From the NCBI GenBank assembly GCA_963727775.1, contig CAVSHB010000001.1:128001-192000 (forward strand): 64,000 nucleotides of DNA, read 5' to 3'. Below, piece by piece: positions 49,090 through 57,494 of this stretch. The number at the start of each line of letters is the position of its first letter. Positions within the stretch are counted from its first letter, which is position 1. A model generated the notes under the pieces. It was given only the letters and a program-made list of their open reading frames with translations. It was not told the DNA's origin and did no database searches. The stretch comes from an uncultured Nitrospiraceae bacterium (GTDB taxonomy: Bacteria; Nitrospirota; Thermodesulfovibrionia; Thermodesulfovibrionales; SM23-35). The translations under genes were made by a program, and so were the position numbers.

Positions 49090-51057
49090 TTAAAGCGAGC
49101 CGATAATCCTGAAAAATATGTTGTTCGTTACGTAATCAAAATCAGAGAAGCTGGAATTCCGTTTTTCATATTTATACCCCAAATCTAATTGTATCCATTC
49201 CCTGAATTTATAGGAAAGCGCGAGAGTACCCGAATAATAATCGTCTTCCAGCGGTTTTGTTATGCCGTTGAAAGTGAGCGCGCCCGTATATTGATCATTT
49301 GTATAAGAGAGGTTTATATTACCTGTCAACTTCCCGGTAATTCTCTGCACATAGTTAGCTCCAAAGGTAGTGGCAACTATGAAATTCGTGCCGGCCACAT
49401 CAGTTTCATCGGTTTTCCTTGATGCTTTGAGGATTAAGGAAGTTTTCGGGGTAAATTTATGGTCGATCTGCGCTTCAAGAATAAAATTATTACCGCCCTT
49501 TATGGCAGGGTCAACGAATTCTTTGACGCCGTAACCTGCCTTTATGCTTCCCTTGGATTTAGCGGTTATGTCCCATTGAATACCGCCGAAGAAATTATTC
49601 TCCCGACTATTGGATAAAGTATCTGTGGCATAATTGATATCGGCAAATTCATATTCCACAAAGACAGATGTTTTCGGTCTGACTTTATAAAAGATGTAGC
49701 TTGAAAATGTATTGTCGACGCGATCTCTGAATTTGTTCCTTGAGGCGTCATAGTTCAGAATAAAGTTGGTATAATCGATCCTAAACTTGAATTTATCGCC
49801 GGAGTCATATGTCACTATAAAATCAGCCAGGTTATTCCAGAATTTGTCGAGTTCCGTTGTCACGCCTGATATGCCGGTGCTGCGAGCATCATGTGAGAAT
49901 AAAAGATGGTCAGCGAATTCAAAGGAAAGGCCGCCTCTCAGGTTATACTGGAAAAGGCCCCCTGCTGTGTGGCTGATGTCGTTTCCTGAAGAGTTATTAG
50001 AAAACAGCTCAATATCAGCATTGTAAAATAAATACGTCTGATACCGCTTAAAGGTCTGGGGGCTATACCTGCTGAGGCTGAACCCGCCCGGTGATAAGTT
50101 TGATGTATCGATATTGAGCAGCCTTTCATTAACGTGCGGAAATGTCAGCCATATCCCTGGAGTTATTACCGTTGCGAAATCACTCTTTTTGTTGTCTTTG
50201 GTGTAAAAAACATTGTCGGTATAATATCCGGTAATCGCCAGGAATGGATGCAGAAAACCTTTCCTTGTACCGAAGACATACTCTGTGGACTTTCCTTTTG
50301 GGGTACCGGAGGGTATATTTTCAGTCGGCTGTAACGGAGCAGGCTCGCTCCTGGTTTCTCCGGCAGTTGAGATAGTGCTTGACGGCGCTTCAGGAAGCAC
50401 AGCCGGTCTTTCTTCCATAACAGATTTTTCTGCAGGAGAGTTTATCGGCGGGGGTGGCTCCTTTGTAATTTCCCGTGAAGGCGGGGTATCGTTTGCCTGA
50501 GCTTTTAGTCCTCCATACGGGGTCCCTTCTCCATGGTCTTCTTCAGTTACTGATGGTCCCTGTAATTCAGCTTCCTCTCCGATTTCGACGGGCGACAGGG
50601 CATCTTGAGACCGGTCCGTCTGTTTTTTGGCAAAAACAGAATAAATTATAGTATTGTCCTCAGAAACATCGCTTTTCAGTACTGTCTCATATCCTTTGTT
50701 GTTTAATCCTTCTGCAAAACGGATAGCATCCTCAATGTCTCCGAAAGTCTTAAGAACAGCAATCTGTGTTTCATCGGAAGGCAAAGCGTTTTTTGATAAG
50801 TCTTTGACTTTTGCGGCAAAAACTCTATATAACGTTTTTTTGTCTTTTGAAGGGCCCTTTCGAATTTCTACTTCGTATCCTTCATCCCTTAATTCCCTTG
50901 CAAATTCTTCTGCGTTCTTTTTAACCTTGAAGGTTGCAACCTGTTTCAATTGTGAATTGTGGGAGGCGATGGTCCTGGAAGATTCAGCAGGGCATACTCC
51001 CATTAGGGGGGAGAAAAGTGTAACGATTATGAATAGTGCTATCCATTTTATGTTCAT
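49090..51057 (-). CDS. Outer-membrane beta-barrel (EPS export type) with two N-terminal SPOR-like repeats
   Basis: QVATFK..NAEEFA.EL...GY...YRVF repeated twice, Pro-rich linker, YYTDNVF barrel start, amphipathic strands to the C-terminus. Confidence 0.75.
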   Translation of the reverse strand: MNIKWIALFIIVTLFSPLMGVCPAESSRTIASHNSQLKQVATFKVKKNAEEFARELRDEGYEVEIRKGPSKDKKTLYRVFAAKVKDLSKNALPSDETQIAVLKTFGDIEDAIRFAEGLNNKGYETVLKSDVSEDNTIIYSVFAKKQTDRSQDALSPVEIGEEAELQGPSVTEEDHGEGTPYGGLKAQANDTPPSREITKEPPPPINSPAEKSVMEERPAVLPEAPSSTISTAGETRSEPAPLQPTENIPSGTPKGKSTEYVFGTRKGFLHPFLAITGYYTDNVFYTKDNKKSDFATVITPGIWLTFPHVNERLLNIDTSNLSPGGFSLSRYSPQTFKRYQTYLFYNADIELFSNNSSGNDISHTAGGLFQYNLRGGLSFEFADHLLFSHDARSTGISGVTTELDKFWNNLADFIVTYDSGDKFKFRIDYTNFILNYDASRNKFRDRVDNTFSSYIFYKVRPKTSVFVEYEFADINYATDTLSNSRENNFFGGIQWDITAKSKGSIKAGYGVKEFVDPAIKGGNNFILEAQIDHKFTPKTSLILKASRKTDETDVAGTNFIVATTFGANYVQRITGKLTGNINLSYTNDQYTGALTFNGITKPLEDDYYSGTLALSYKFREWIQLDLGYKYEKRNSSFSDFDYVTNNIFFRIIGSL

Positions 51058-51234
51058 ATTTAGTTCATTATTATAAAGGTATAATTAATATATATATAAC
51101 TATATTATTAAAGATTATTAAAATGGCGCTTCCAAAGTCAAGAAAAATGTGTTACAAACAAATACTTTTGTCATCTGATCGCTTCAGTGATTTTTTTTTG
51201 ACTCCCTGTTATACTCATCAAAGGAGGTGTAATT

Positions 51235-51975
51235 ATGCGCTATATATACTATATCTTAATCATATTTTTTGCCATATCGGCAGTAATAGGCTTCGAATTA
51301 AAGGGCAAACACGGTCCTGTAAAAGATGCGGCTTTGATCATAAATGACAGGGTGATAACCGCTGAAGAATTCAACAAACGTTACTCTGCCCGGCCCCTTC
51401 ACGAAGACAAAAGCGATTTCATTAACTCCCTGATAACAAAAGAGCTCCTTATTCAGGAATCTCAAAAGCAGGGTATAGATAAAGATGAATCTTTCAGGAG
51501 ATCGATACAGAATTTCTATGAACAATCCCTCATAAAACTGCTGATAGACAGAAAATTCGCTTCTCTCAATATTTCTGTAAGCCCTAAGGAGCTGGACAGA
51601 TATATAGCACTTTTAAATAAGAAGATACACATAACAATCTTTGGCTTCAACAGTATTGAACAGGCCGGGAAGGGTGTCTACAAAAACGGCGAGAATAAAA
51701 CCGTAAATTTTGATGATCTCTCTGATGAGATACGATACGGCATAACCCTTACCGGTGAAGGAAAATTCTCCGAACCGCTAAGAATAGGAGAGAAGTATAT
51801 TGTCGTAAGACTTGACAAGATCGAATCCGCCTCAACCCGTGCGCCTTCCGATACAGATAAGGACAAGATTAAGATGATGATTGCTGAGGTCAAAAAAGAA
51901 AAGATCATTAATGACTGGATGGCCGGATTACGGAAGAATGCAAAGATAAAAATAATGGTAAAAGAAGAAAATTAG
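51235..51975 (+). CDS. SurA/PrsA-like periplasmic chaperone (EpsD-like)
   Basis: INDRVIT.EEF, LITKELLIQE..K.GID, G.FSEP, W...LRKNAKI. Confidence 0.7.
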   Translation: MRYIYYILIIFFAISAVIGFELKGKHGPVKDAALIINDRVITAEEFNKRYSARPLHEDKSDFINSLITKELLIQESQKQGIDKDESFRRSIQNFYEQSLIKLLIDRKFASLNISVSPKELDRYIALLNKKIHITIFGFNSIEQAGKGVYKNGENKTVNFDDLSDEIRYGITLTGEGKFSEPLRIGEKYIVVRLDKIESASTRAPSDTDKDKIKMMIAEVKKEKIINDWMAGLRKNAKIKIMVKEEN

Positions 51976-51984
51976 GGGGTATTT

Positions 51985-52587
51985 ATGAAGAGAACTTGGA
52001 GGAGAAGAAATTACTTTATCAAAAAAGAACTACAAGGCAAGTATATCTTCAGCTTCTTTATCTTTATGATCGGTGGAAGTATTATTTTTACTTTGATCTT
52101 CAGCCTTCTCTCTGCCAATACACTTACAATTATTTACGACAATTATAATCTCAGGATAGGAAAAACACCGCTTATTCTGCTTAAGGAGATTCTCAGCGCG
52201 CATTGGATATTTATTGTGACCGCAGGTATTTTTATCGTTGTTGTATCGATGTTCCTTACTCATAGGTTTGCTGGGCCGTTGTTCAGGTTCGAAAAATCCG
52301 TCGAGGAGATGGTGAAAGGGAACTTCAACTTCCAGATAAGACTGAGGGAAAAAGATGAGGGGAAAGAACTTGCTGAACTGATGAACCGGTTGATTACTAT
52401 GGTTTCATCAAATGTTAAGGAAATGAGGCGCTTGGCCGACGAGATTGAGAGCAGGTTGAAAATTGTTTCCGGTAAGATCAGGCAGATTCAGCCGGAAGAA
52501 GCCGCAATTGAACTGGATGAGGCAAGCGTTCTTGCGAAGAAGCTCCGCGATATGGTCGATTTCTTTAAGATAAAGAATGACGTATAA
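51985..52587 (+). CDS. Two-TM HAMP-domain protein
   Basis: RRRNYFIKKELQ, THRFAGPLFRF, LREKDE..ELA..N. Confidence 0.78.
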   Translation: MKRTWRRRNYFIKKELQGKYIFSFFIFMIGGSIIFTLIFSLLSANTLTIIYDNYNLRIGKTPLILLKEILSAHWIFIVTAGIFIVVVSMFLTHRFAGPLFRFEKSVEEMVKGNFNFQIRLREKDEGKELAELMNRLITMVSSNVKEMRRLADEIESRLKIVSGKIRQIQPEEAAIELDEASVLAKKLRDMVDFFKIKNDV

Positions 52588-52589
52588 AC

Positions 52590-53123
52590 ATGTCTATGAA
52601 GATTCTGAAAGCTATTCTTGTAATCTTATTTATTTTCCTGCCTGTTACCGTATCTTCAGAAAATGAGGTAAAAAGCAGGTATATCACAATAAAATATGTC
52701 GGCGAGGACCATCTAAAGAGATTCAATAAGTCAATTTCTCTCGGAAGCCTGTCGTATCTCATGGCAAACAGAAAAAGCATTACCGTTATCGACGAGATTA
52801 AAAACAAAGTGGATGTTGTTCTTGAACGGGTTGAAACGATACTTGAAATGTTTCCGAAAGACGTGCATATCTCAATTGTGCTCCTTCCCTCGGAAGAAGA
52901 AGTCCGGAAAATTTTCAGAAGTAAATACGGGAAAGACGTCGATTTTATCTCCTTTTATTCACCCAGAGATAAAACGATATATGTATCAGTCGGAGACATA
53001 CGCATAGGAGTTCTCGCACATGAGATGGCGCATGCGATAATAGACCTTTACTATGCTATGCCGACTCCTGTAAATGTACAAGAGGTTCTTGCCCAATATG
53101 TAGAGACCCATTTGGGAGATTAG
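52590..53123 (+). CDS. Exported protein with HExxH zincin-like motif
   Basis: Signal peptide; LAHEMAHAII and downstream QEVLA. Confidence 0.7.
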   Translation: MSMKILKAILVILFIFLPVTVSSENEVKSRYITIKYVGEDHLKRFNKSISLGSLSYLMANRKSITVIDEIKNKVDVVLERVETILEMFPKDVHISIVLLPSEEEVRKIFRSKYGKDVDFISFYSPRDKTIYVSVGDIRIGVLAHEMAHAIIDLYYAMPTPVNVQEVLAQYVETHLGD

Positions 53124-53259
53124 GCCGAAAAATGCAGCTATTGTTCAGAAAATTATATCTCGATGAATTGAGAATATCATTATGAAGGCACGCTAAGGTA
53201 TCGAAAAATAATTTTTTTCACAACACCCGCATTTTTCTATTTGCAGTTGAGAAAATAAA

Positions 53260-53742
53260 TTATCTGCCTGAAGGCGATGAAGGACTGACGACTCCTCCGC
53301 CCGGGTCTCCTCCGGGTTGTGCAACTTCTATCGGGGACAAACCCGCAGCCGAGGCCACAGAATAACCAAGACCTATTTCGAGAACTTTAGCTACTGCAGT
53401 AGGGTCTGCGCCTACATCAATCGCGCATCTTGAGCAGACATCAGAGGTTGTACCCGCCTCAATTGCGCCGGTAATAATCTGTTCAAGATCTCCTTTTGCT
53501 TCAATTCCGCATTTAATTACGAGACAAGGATCATGGCCCAATATAATACTGGACTTAGTAATATCTTTTGAATTATTACCTTCCTTAATAAGTCCTTTGA
53601 CAATAGGACAAATATCTTTTGCCTGCTGATATTTCTGGGCTATTATATCCTTCATCGTCTCTTCAGCAAAGACTGTATTATTTATTGCCGGTGCAATCAG
53701 GAATCCTGTTAGAATGATAGCTGATATTATTAGTTTTTTCAT
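53260..53742 (-). CDS. Exported hypothetical protein with ~14-aa helical repeats and Gly/Ser/Pro tail
   Basis: GAGG RBS, signal peptide, repeats such as PCLVIKCGIEAKGD / LEQIITGAIEAGTT. Confidence 0.75.
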   Translation of the reverse strand: MKKLIISAIILTGFLIAPAINNTVFAEETMKDIIAQKYQQAKDICPIVKGLIKEGNNSKDITKSSIILGHDPCLVIKCGIEAKGDLEQIITGAIEAGTTSDVCSRCAIDVGADPTAVAKVLEIGLGYSVASAAGLSPIEVAQPGGDPGGGVVSPSSPSGR

Positions 53743-53959
53743 AATATTCCTCTTACTTTATCTATATCATAATAGAAATACTTTGTCAATAGAGGCTTTT
53801 GTAAACAGTCAACGAAATTCCATAAAATATGTCGAAGCAATATCCGAAGGGCTTCTAAACTATCTAAAAACTCTTTACCTATCTCTGTGACTTTTATGTA
53901 AAATAACAGGAGCTAAGATATTAAGATATAATGAAATAGGCAGTTTATAATGATTTCCC

Positions 53960-54736
53960 ATGAAAGCAATTGATATAAATAACCTTACCGTTAAACTGAA
54001 CAACAGAGAAGTCCTTACCAATATAACAATGTCTTTGGATGAAGGAAGGTTCCTCGGCATTGTGGGTCCTAACGGCGGGGGGAAGACAACATTCCTCAGA
54101 GTTGTGCTCGGACTTGTAAAACCGGCTTCAGGCGAAATCCGTATCTTCGGAAAACTGCCGGAAGAGATTTTGAAGACCGGCAGCATCTTTGGTTATCTTC
54201 CGCAAACATTCAAGGTATCTCCGGATTTCCCTGTCAGGGTAATAGATGTGGTCATGATGGGAAGATACGGCAGGGCCGGCATGCTACGGTGGTTAAAGGA
54301 AAAAGACAAGAGAAAGGCGATGGAATACCTTTCCGTAATGGGGATTGAGAAACTGAAAGATGTGCAGTTCGGTGAACTCTCGGGGGGCCAGCAACAAAGG
54401 GCGTCCATTGCAAGGGCTTTGGCAGGCGAGCCCAGGATCTTACTGCTTGATGAACCGAGCACGGGAATTGATGTTATAGGCCAGGGAGATTTCTATCATC
54501 TCATGAAAGGGCTTCAAAAAAGGTTCAACCTGACCATTTTGATGGTATCTCACGATATCGGAACCATCCCGGCCTACATCGATGAAATAGCATGCCTTAA
54601 CTATACTCTTCATTATCATGGGAATCCTGTCGGCGCTCTTAATGAGACCGTTCTGACAACTCTTTACGGTAAAAATATAGATGTCCTTCAGCATACGGAC
54701 ATCTGCGAAAAATGTGAACGGTTAAGGAGCGCATAA
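53960..54736 (+). CDS. znuC: Zn/Mn ABC transporter ATPase
   Basis: GPNGGGKTT, LSGGQQQR, LLLDEP, VSHD, IACLN. Confidence 0.85.
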   Translation: MKAIDINNLTVKLNNREVLTNITMSLDEGRFLGIVGPNGGGKTTFLRVVLGLVKPASGEIRIFGKLPEEILKTGSIFGYLPQTFKVSPDFPVRVIDVVMMGRYGRAGMLRWLKEKDKRKAMEYLSVMGIEKLKDVQFGELSGGQQQRASIARALAGEPRILLLDEPSTGIDVIGQGDFYHLMKGLQKRFNLTILMVSHDIGTIPAYIDEIACLNYTLHYHGNPVGALNETVLTTLYGKNIDVLQHTDICEKCERLRSA

Positions 54737-54744
54737 ACAATACC

Positions 54745-55545
54745 ATGCTCGAAATGTTAAGTTCTGCTTTCATGCAAAAGGCCTTGATTGTGGGGATTAT
54801 TGTCAGCCTGATATCAGGCCTCGTCTCGGTTTTTGTGGTCCTCCGTAAAATGTCCTTCATCGGGGCGGGCATCTCACATGCCGCTTTCGGCGGAGTTGCA
54901 ATCGGTTTTTTTACGGGGATAAACCCGATAATCACGGCCATCATCTATTCTATCGCAGTCGCACTGGGAATAGATGCGGTAAGCAGAAAAGGGAAGGTCT
55001 CGGAGGATGCCACTATAGGGATATTTTTTGCAAGTTCTATGGCTCTCGGTATTGTGCTTATAAGCCTTTCAAAGGAATTCAATGTCGACCTTTTCGGCTA
55101 TCTTTTCGGCAATATATTAGCTATTACCGAAGGAGAGGTCCTGCTCTCGCTGTGCATAGCGGTGTTTGCAATCGGTGCTATAGTGCTTTTTCTGAAAGAG
55201 ATATTCATTACTACATTCAATGAAGAGATAGCCCGCGTAAGCGGGATATCAGTAAGGGCCATCAATCTCCTTTTCCTGATTGTTCTTGCCGTGTCGATTG
55301 TAATATCCATGAAGATCGTGGGTATTATTCTCATATCGGCATTGCTTGTAATCCCCGGAGCCACAGCGCAGTTGTTCGCAAAGAACCTTTACTTTATGAT
55401 CGCCGCGTCATGCGGTGTCGCAGTAATTTCAACGGTTTTAGGGCTTGTCCTCGCCTATGAGTTCGATATCGCGCCCGGCGGGAGCATTGTCCTAACGGCT
55501 ACGGCAATATTTTTAGTGGTATTGTTTTTTAAAAGGAGACGATAA
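54745..55545 (+). CDS. znuB: Zn/Mn ABC transporter permease
   Basis: ISHAAFGG, YLFGNIL, VGIILISALLVIP. Confidence 0.85.
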   Translation: MLEMLSSAFMQKALIVGIIVSLISGLVSVFVVLRKMSFIGAGISHAAFGGVAIGFFTGINPIITAIIYSIAVALGIDAVSRKGKVSEDATIGIFFASSMALGIVLISLSKEFNVDLFGYLFGNILAITEGEVLLSLCIAVFAIGAIVLFLKEIFITTFNEEIARVSGISVRAINLLFLIVLAVSIVISMKIVGIILISALLVIPGATAQLFAKNLYFMIAASCGVAVISTVLGLVLAYEFDIAPGGSIVLTATAIFLVVLFFKRRR

Positions 55546-55623
55546 ATAATTAACTTCAGGGGGTGTAATTTGGCAGCCTGGATTCCCACCAGTGTCAAAG
55601 ACTACGAAAGAAAAGCACCCCGA

Positions 55624-55652
55624 TTGACAGAACATGTTATATTTGCTAAAAA
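55624..55652 (+). promoter_or_regulatory. Putative sigma70 promoter of the CODH operon
   Basis: TTGACA, 17 nt, TAAAAA with upstream TG; GGAG RBS before ATG 55671. Confidence 0.55.
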
Positions 55653-55670
55653 ATACTTAGGGAGCTAAAC

Positions 55671-56888
55671 ATGAATGTTGTTATTATAGGATCGAGTGCC
55701 GCGGGACTGGCATGCCTCGATACACTTGTAAGATTCTCTCCGGAATTAAACGCTACCATCATATCCGAGGAAGCGTACGCACCGTACTGCAGGTGTCTGC
55801 TCACTTATTATCTCGGTGGAATCCTCAGAGAAAAGCAGATGGTCATCAGGGATACAACCTCATATCCTGCAAATACTAATTTTCTTTTCGGTAAAAGGGC
55901 TGACCGGATAGATACGCAGAATAAGTCTGTCATTCTCACCAGTGGGCAAGAAATCTCCTATGACAAGCTTCTTATTGCTACAGGGTCGAATGCTGTGAAA
56001 CCACAATACTATGATGAAGAGAAGAAAATCTTTACACTCCGATACATGGACGATGCCAAAAAAATTGAACCGCATATTAGGAAGAAGGCAATTATTCTGG
56101 GTGGAGGTTTTGTCGGGATAAAGGCGGCATTCGGGTTGATGGAGCGAAATATCGGTGTCACGGTAGTCATCTCCTCCGGATATCCCCTCTCCATGATTGT
56201 TGATGAAAAAACGGGATGGTTCATCGATAAGGACCTGAGAAGCATGGGCATCGATATACGTACCGGAGAGGATATTGCCGGAATAAAGACTAAAAACGAA
56301 GCACTCCGGGTTTCCCTCTCATCAGGTTTTGAACTGGATAGCGACGCTATTATCGTCGGCAAGGGCGTGAAGCCGAGGGTTGAACTTGCAAAACAAGCTG
56401 GGATTAAGACGGACTTGGGCATCACGGTGGATGAGTTTCTGGAGACCTCTGCCGAAGACATTTATGCCGCAGGCGATTGCTGCGAAACCATGGATATTGT
56501 ACGCAAAAGATTATGGGTAAATGCCATCTGGCCTGTGGCTGTTGAACAGGGCTATTACGCGGCCCTGAATATGCTGGGCATGAAGGCCCCTTACTACGGC
56601 AGTGTCGGCATGAACAGCATGAAGACCCGCGCATTCCACCTTATCACCGCAGGGGTCCTGAAGGGCGGGGAAGGGATTTCCCTGTTTGAGAAATATATAC
56701 CATCAAAGAATCAGTTCAGAAAATTAGCGGTGAGGGACAACGTGCCGGTTGGCATGGCTTTCTATAATAACCCCGAAGAAGCGGGAGTCATCATAAATCT
56801 TATAAAGAAAGGGACGCCGCTCACTGTCGATCCTGTAAAGATCGTGAATAACGAGGTGAGCGTGATGGATATCCTCAAGCCCCTGTAA
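55671..56888 (+). CDS. FAD/NAD(P)-dependent oxidoreductase (FNOR)
   Basis: GSSAAG, YDKLLIATGS, GGGFVG, IYAAGDC. Confidence 0.9.
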   Translation: MNVVIIGSSAAGLACLDTLVRFSPELNATIISEEAYAPYCRCLLTYYLGGILREKQMVIRDTTSYPANTNFLFGKRADRIDTQNKSVILTSGQEISYDKLLIATGSNAVKPQYYDEEKKIFTLRYMDDAKKIEPHIRKKAIILGGGFVGIKAAFGLMERNIGVTVVISSGYPLSMIVDEKTGWFIDKDLRSMGIDIRTGEDIAGIKTKNEALRVSLSSGFELDSDAIIVGKGVKPRVELAKQAGIKTDLGITVDEFLETSAEDIYAAGDCCETMDIVRKRLWVNAIWPVAVEQGYYAALNMLGMKAPYYGSVGMNSMKTRAFHLITAGVLKGGEGISLFEKYIPSKNQFRKLAVRDNVPVGMAFYNNPEEAGVIINLIKKGTPLTVDPVKIVNNEVSVMDILKPL

Positions 56889-56898
56889 GGAGGTGTTT

Positions 56899-57492
56899 AT
56901 GAAGGTAGTAGTCGTCAGACCGGAGAGGTGCGTGGGATGCCTTCAATGCCGTTTTGCCTGTTCAGTTGTCCATTCAGAGAGCAAGTCTCCGTTTACTGCA
57001 CCCTATGAAAGCATTCTTTCGAAGCCGAGAATTCATATCGGAGTGACAACGGGAAAGGAACCGTTCCCGAACAAGTGCAGGCACTGTAATCCTGCTCCCT
57101 GTGAAATGGCCTGCATCACAAAAGCAATATTCAGAGATGAATCAACCGGTATCGTTCTGATCAACCCTGACCGGTGCATAAACTGCGGCATGTGTGCAAT
57201 GGCATGCCCTTTCGGTGTTGTACGGTATCATGTCTATGTCGACAGGAGAACATCCGCCCACAAGTGCGACCAATGCTTTGCAAGGCAGCAAGAGGGTAAG
57301 ATACCCGCCTGTGTTGAAGTCTGCAAAGTGGGCGCCCTTGTTTTCGAGGACTATAACAAAATGATGGATAAGGCCACTGATCAACTGGCCTCTTTGGTCT
57401 ATTTAGGCATCCGGGAAAAAGAGCACGAGAAAGGTTCTTATCCGACTTTGATCGCATATAAAAATATTTTACAGGAAATAAAGAGGAGGTAG
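56899..57492 (+). CDS. cooF: CooF-type 4Fe-4S electron-transfer protein
   Basis: Four Cys clusters (CVGCLQC, CRHC..APC..AC, CINCGMC..ACP, KCDQC..PACVEVC); directly upstream of cooS. Confidence 0.88.
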   Translation: MKVVVVRPERCVGCLQCRFACSVVHSESKSPFTAPYESILSKPRIHIGVTTGKEPFPNKCRHCNPAPCEMACITKAIFRDESTGIVLINPDRCINCGMCAMACPFGVVRYHVYVDRRTSAHKCDQCFARQQEGKIPACVEVCKVGALVFEDYNKMMDKATDQLASLVYLGIREKEHEKGSYPTLIAYKNILQEIKRR

Positions 57493-57494
57493 TC

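Noticed and set aside
55590..55610. CooA binding site upstream of the CODH operon
   Set aside because: TGTCA half-site present, but the second half and spacing do not fit TGTCA-N6-CGACA
55555..55625. TPP or cobalamin riboswitch
   Set aside because: Only fragmentary resemblance; core motifs (CTGAGA; GGGAA and B12 box) are missing, and it lies upstream of the predicted promoter
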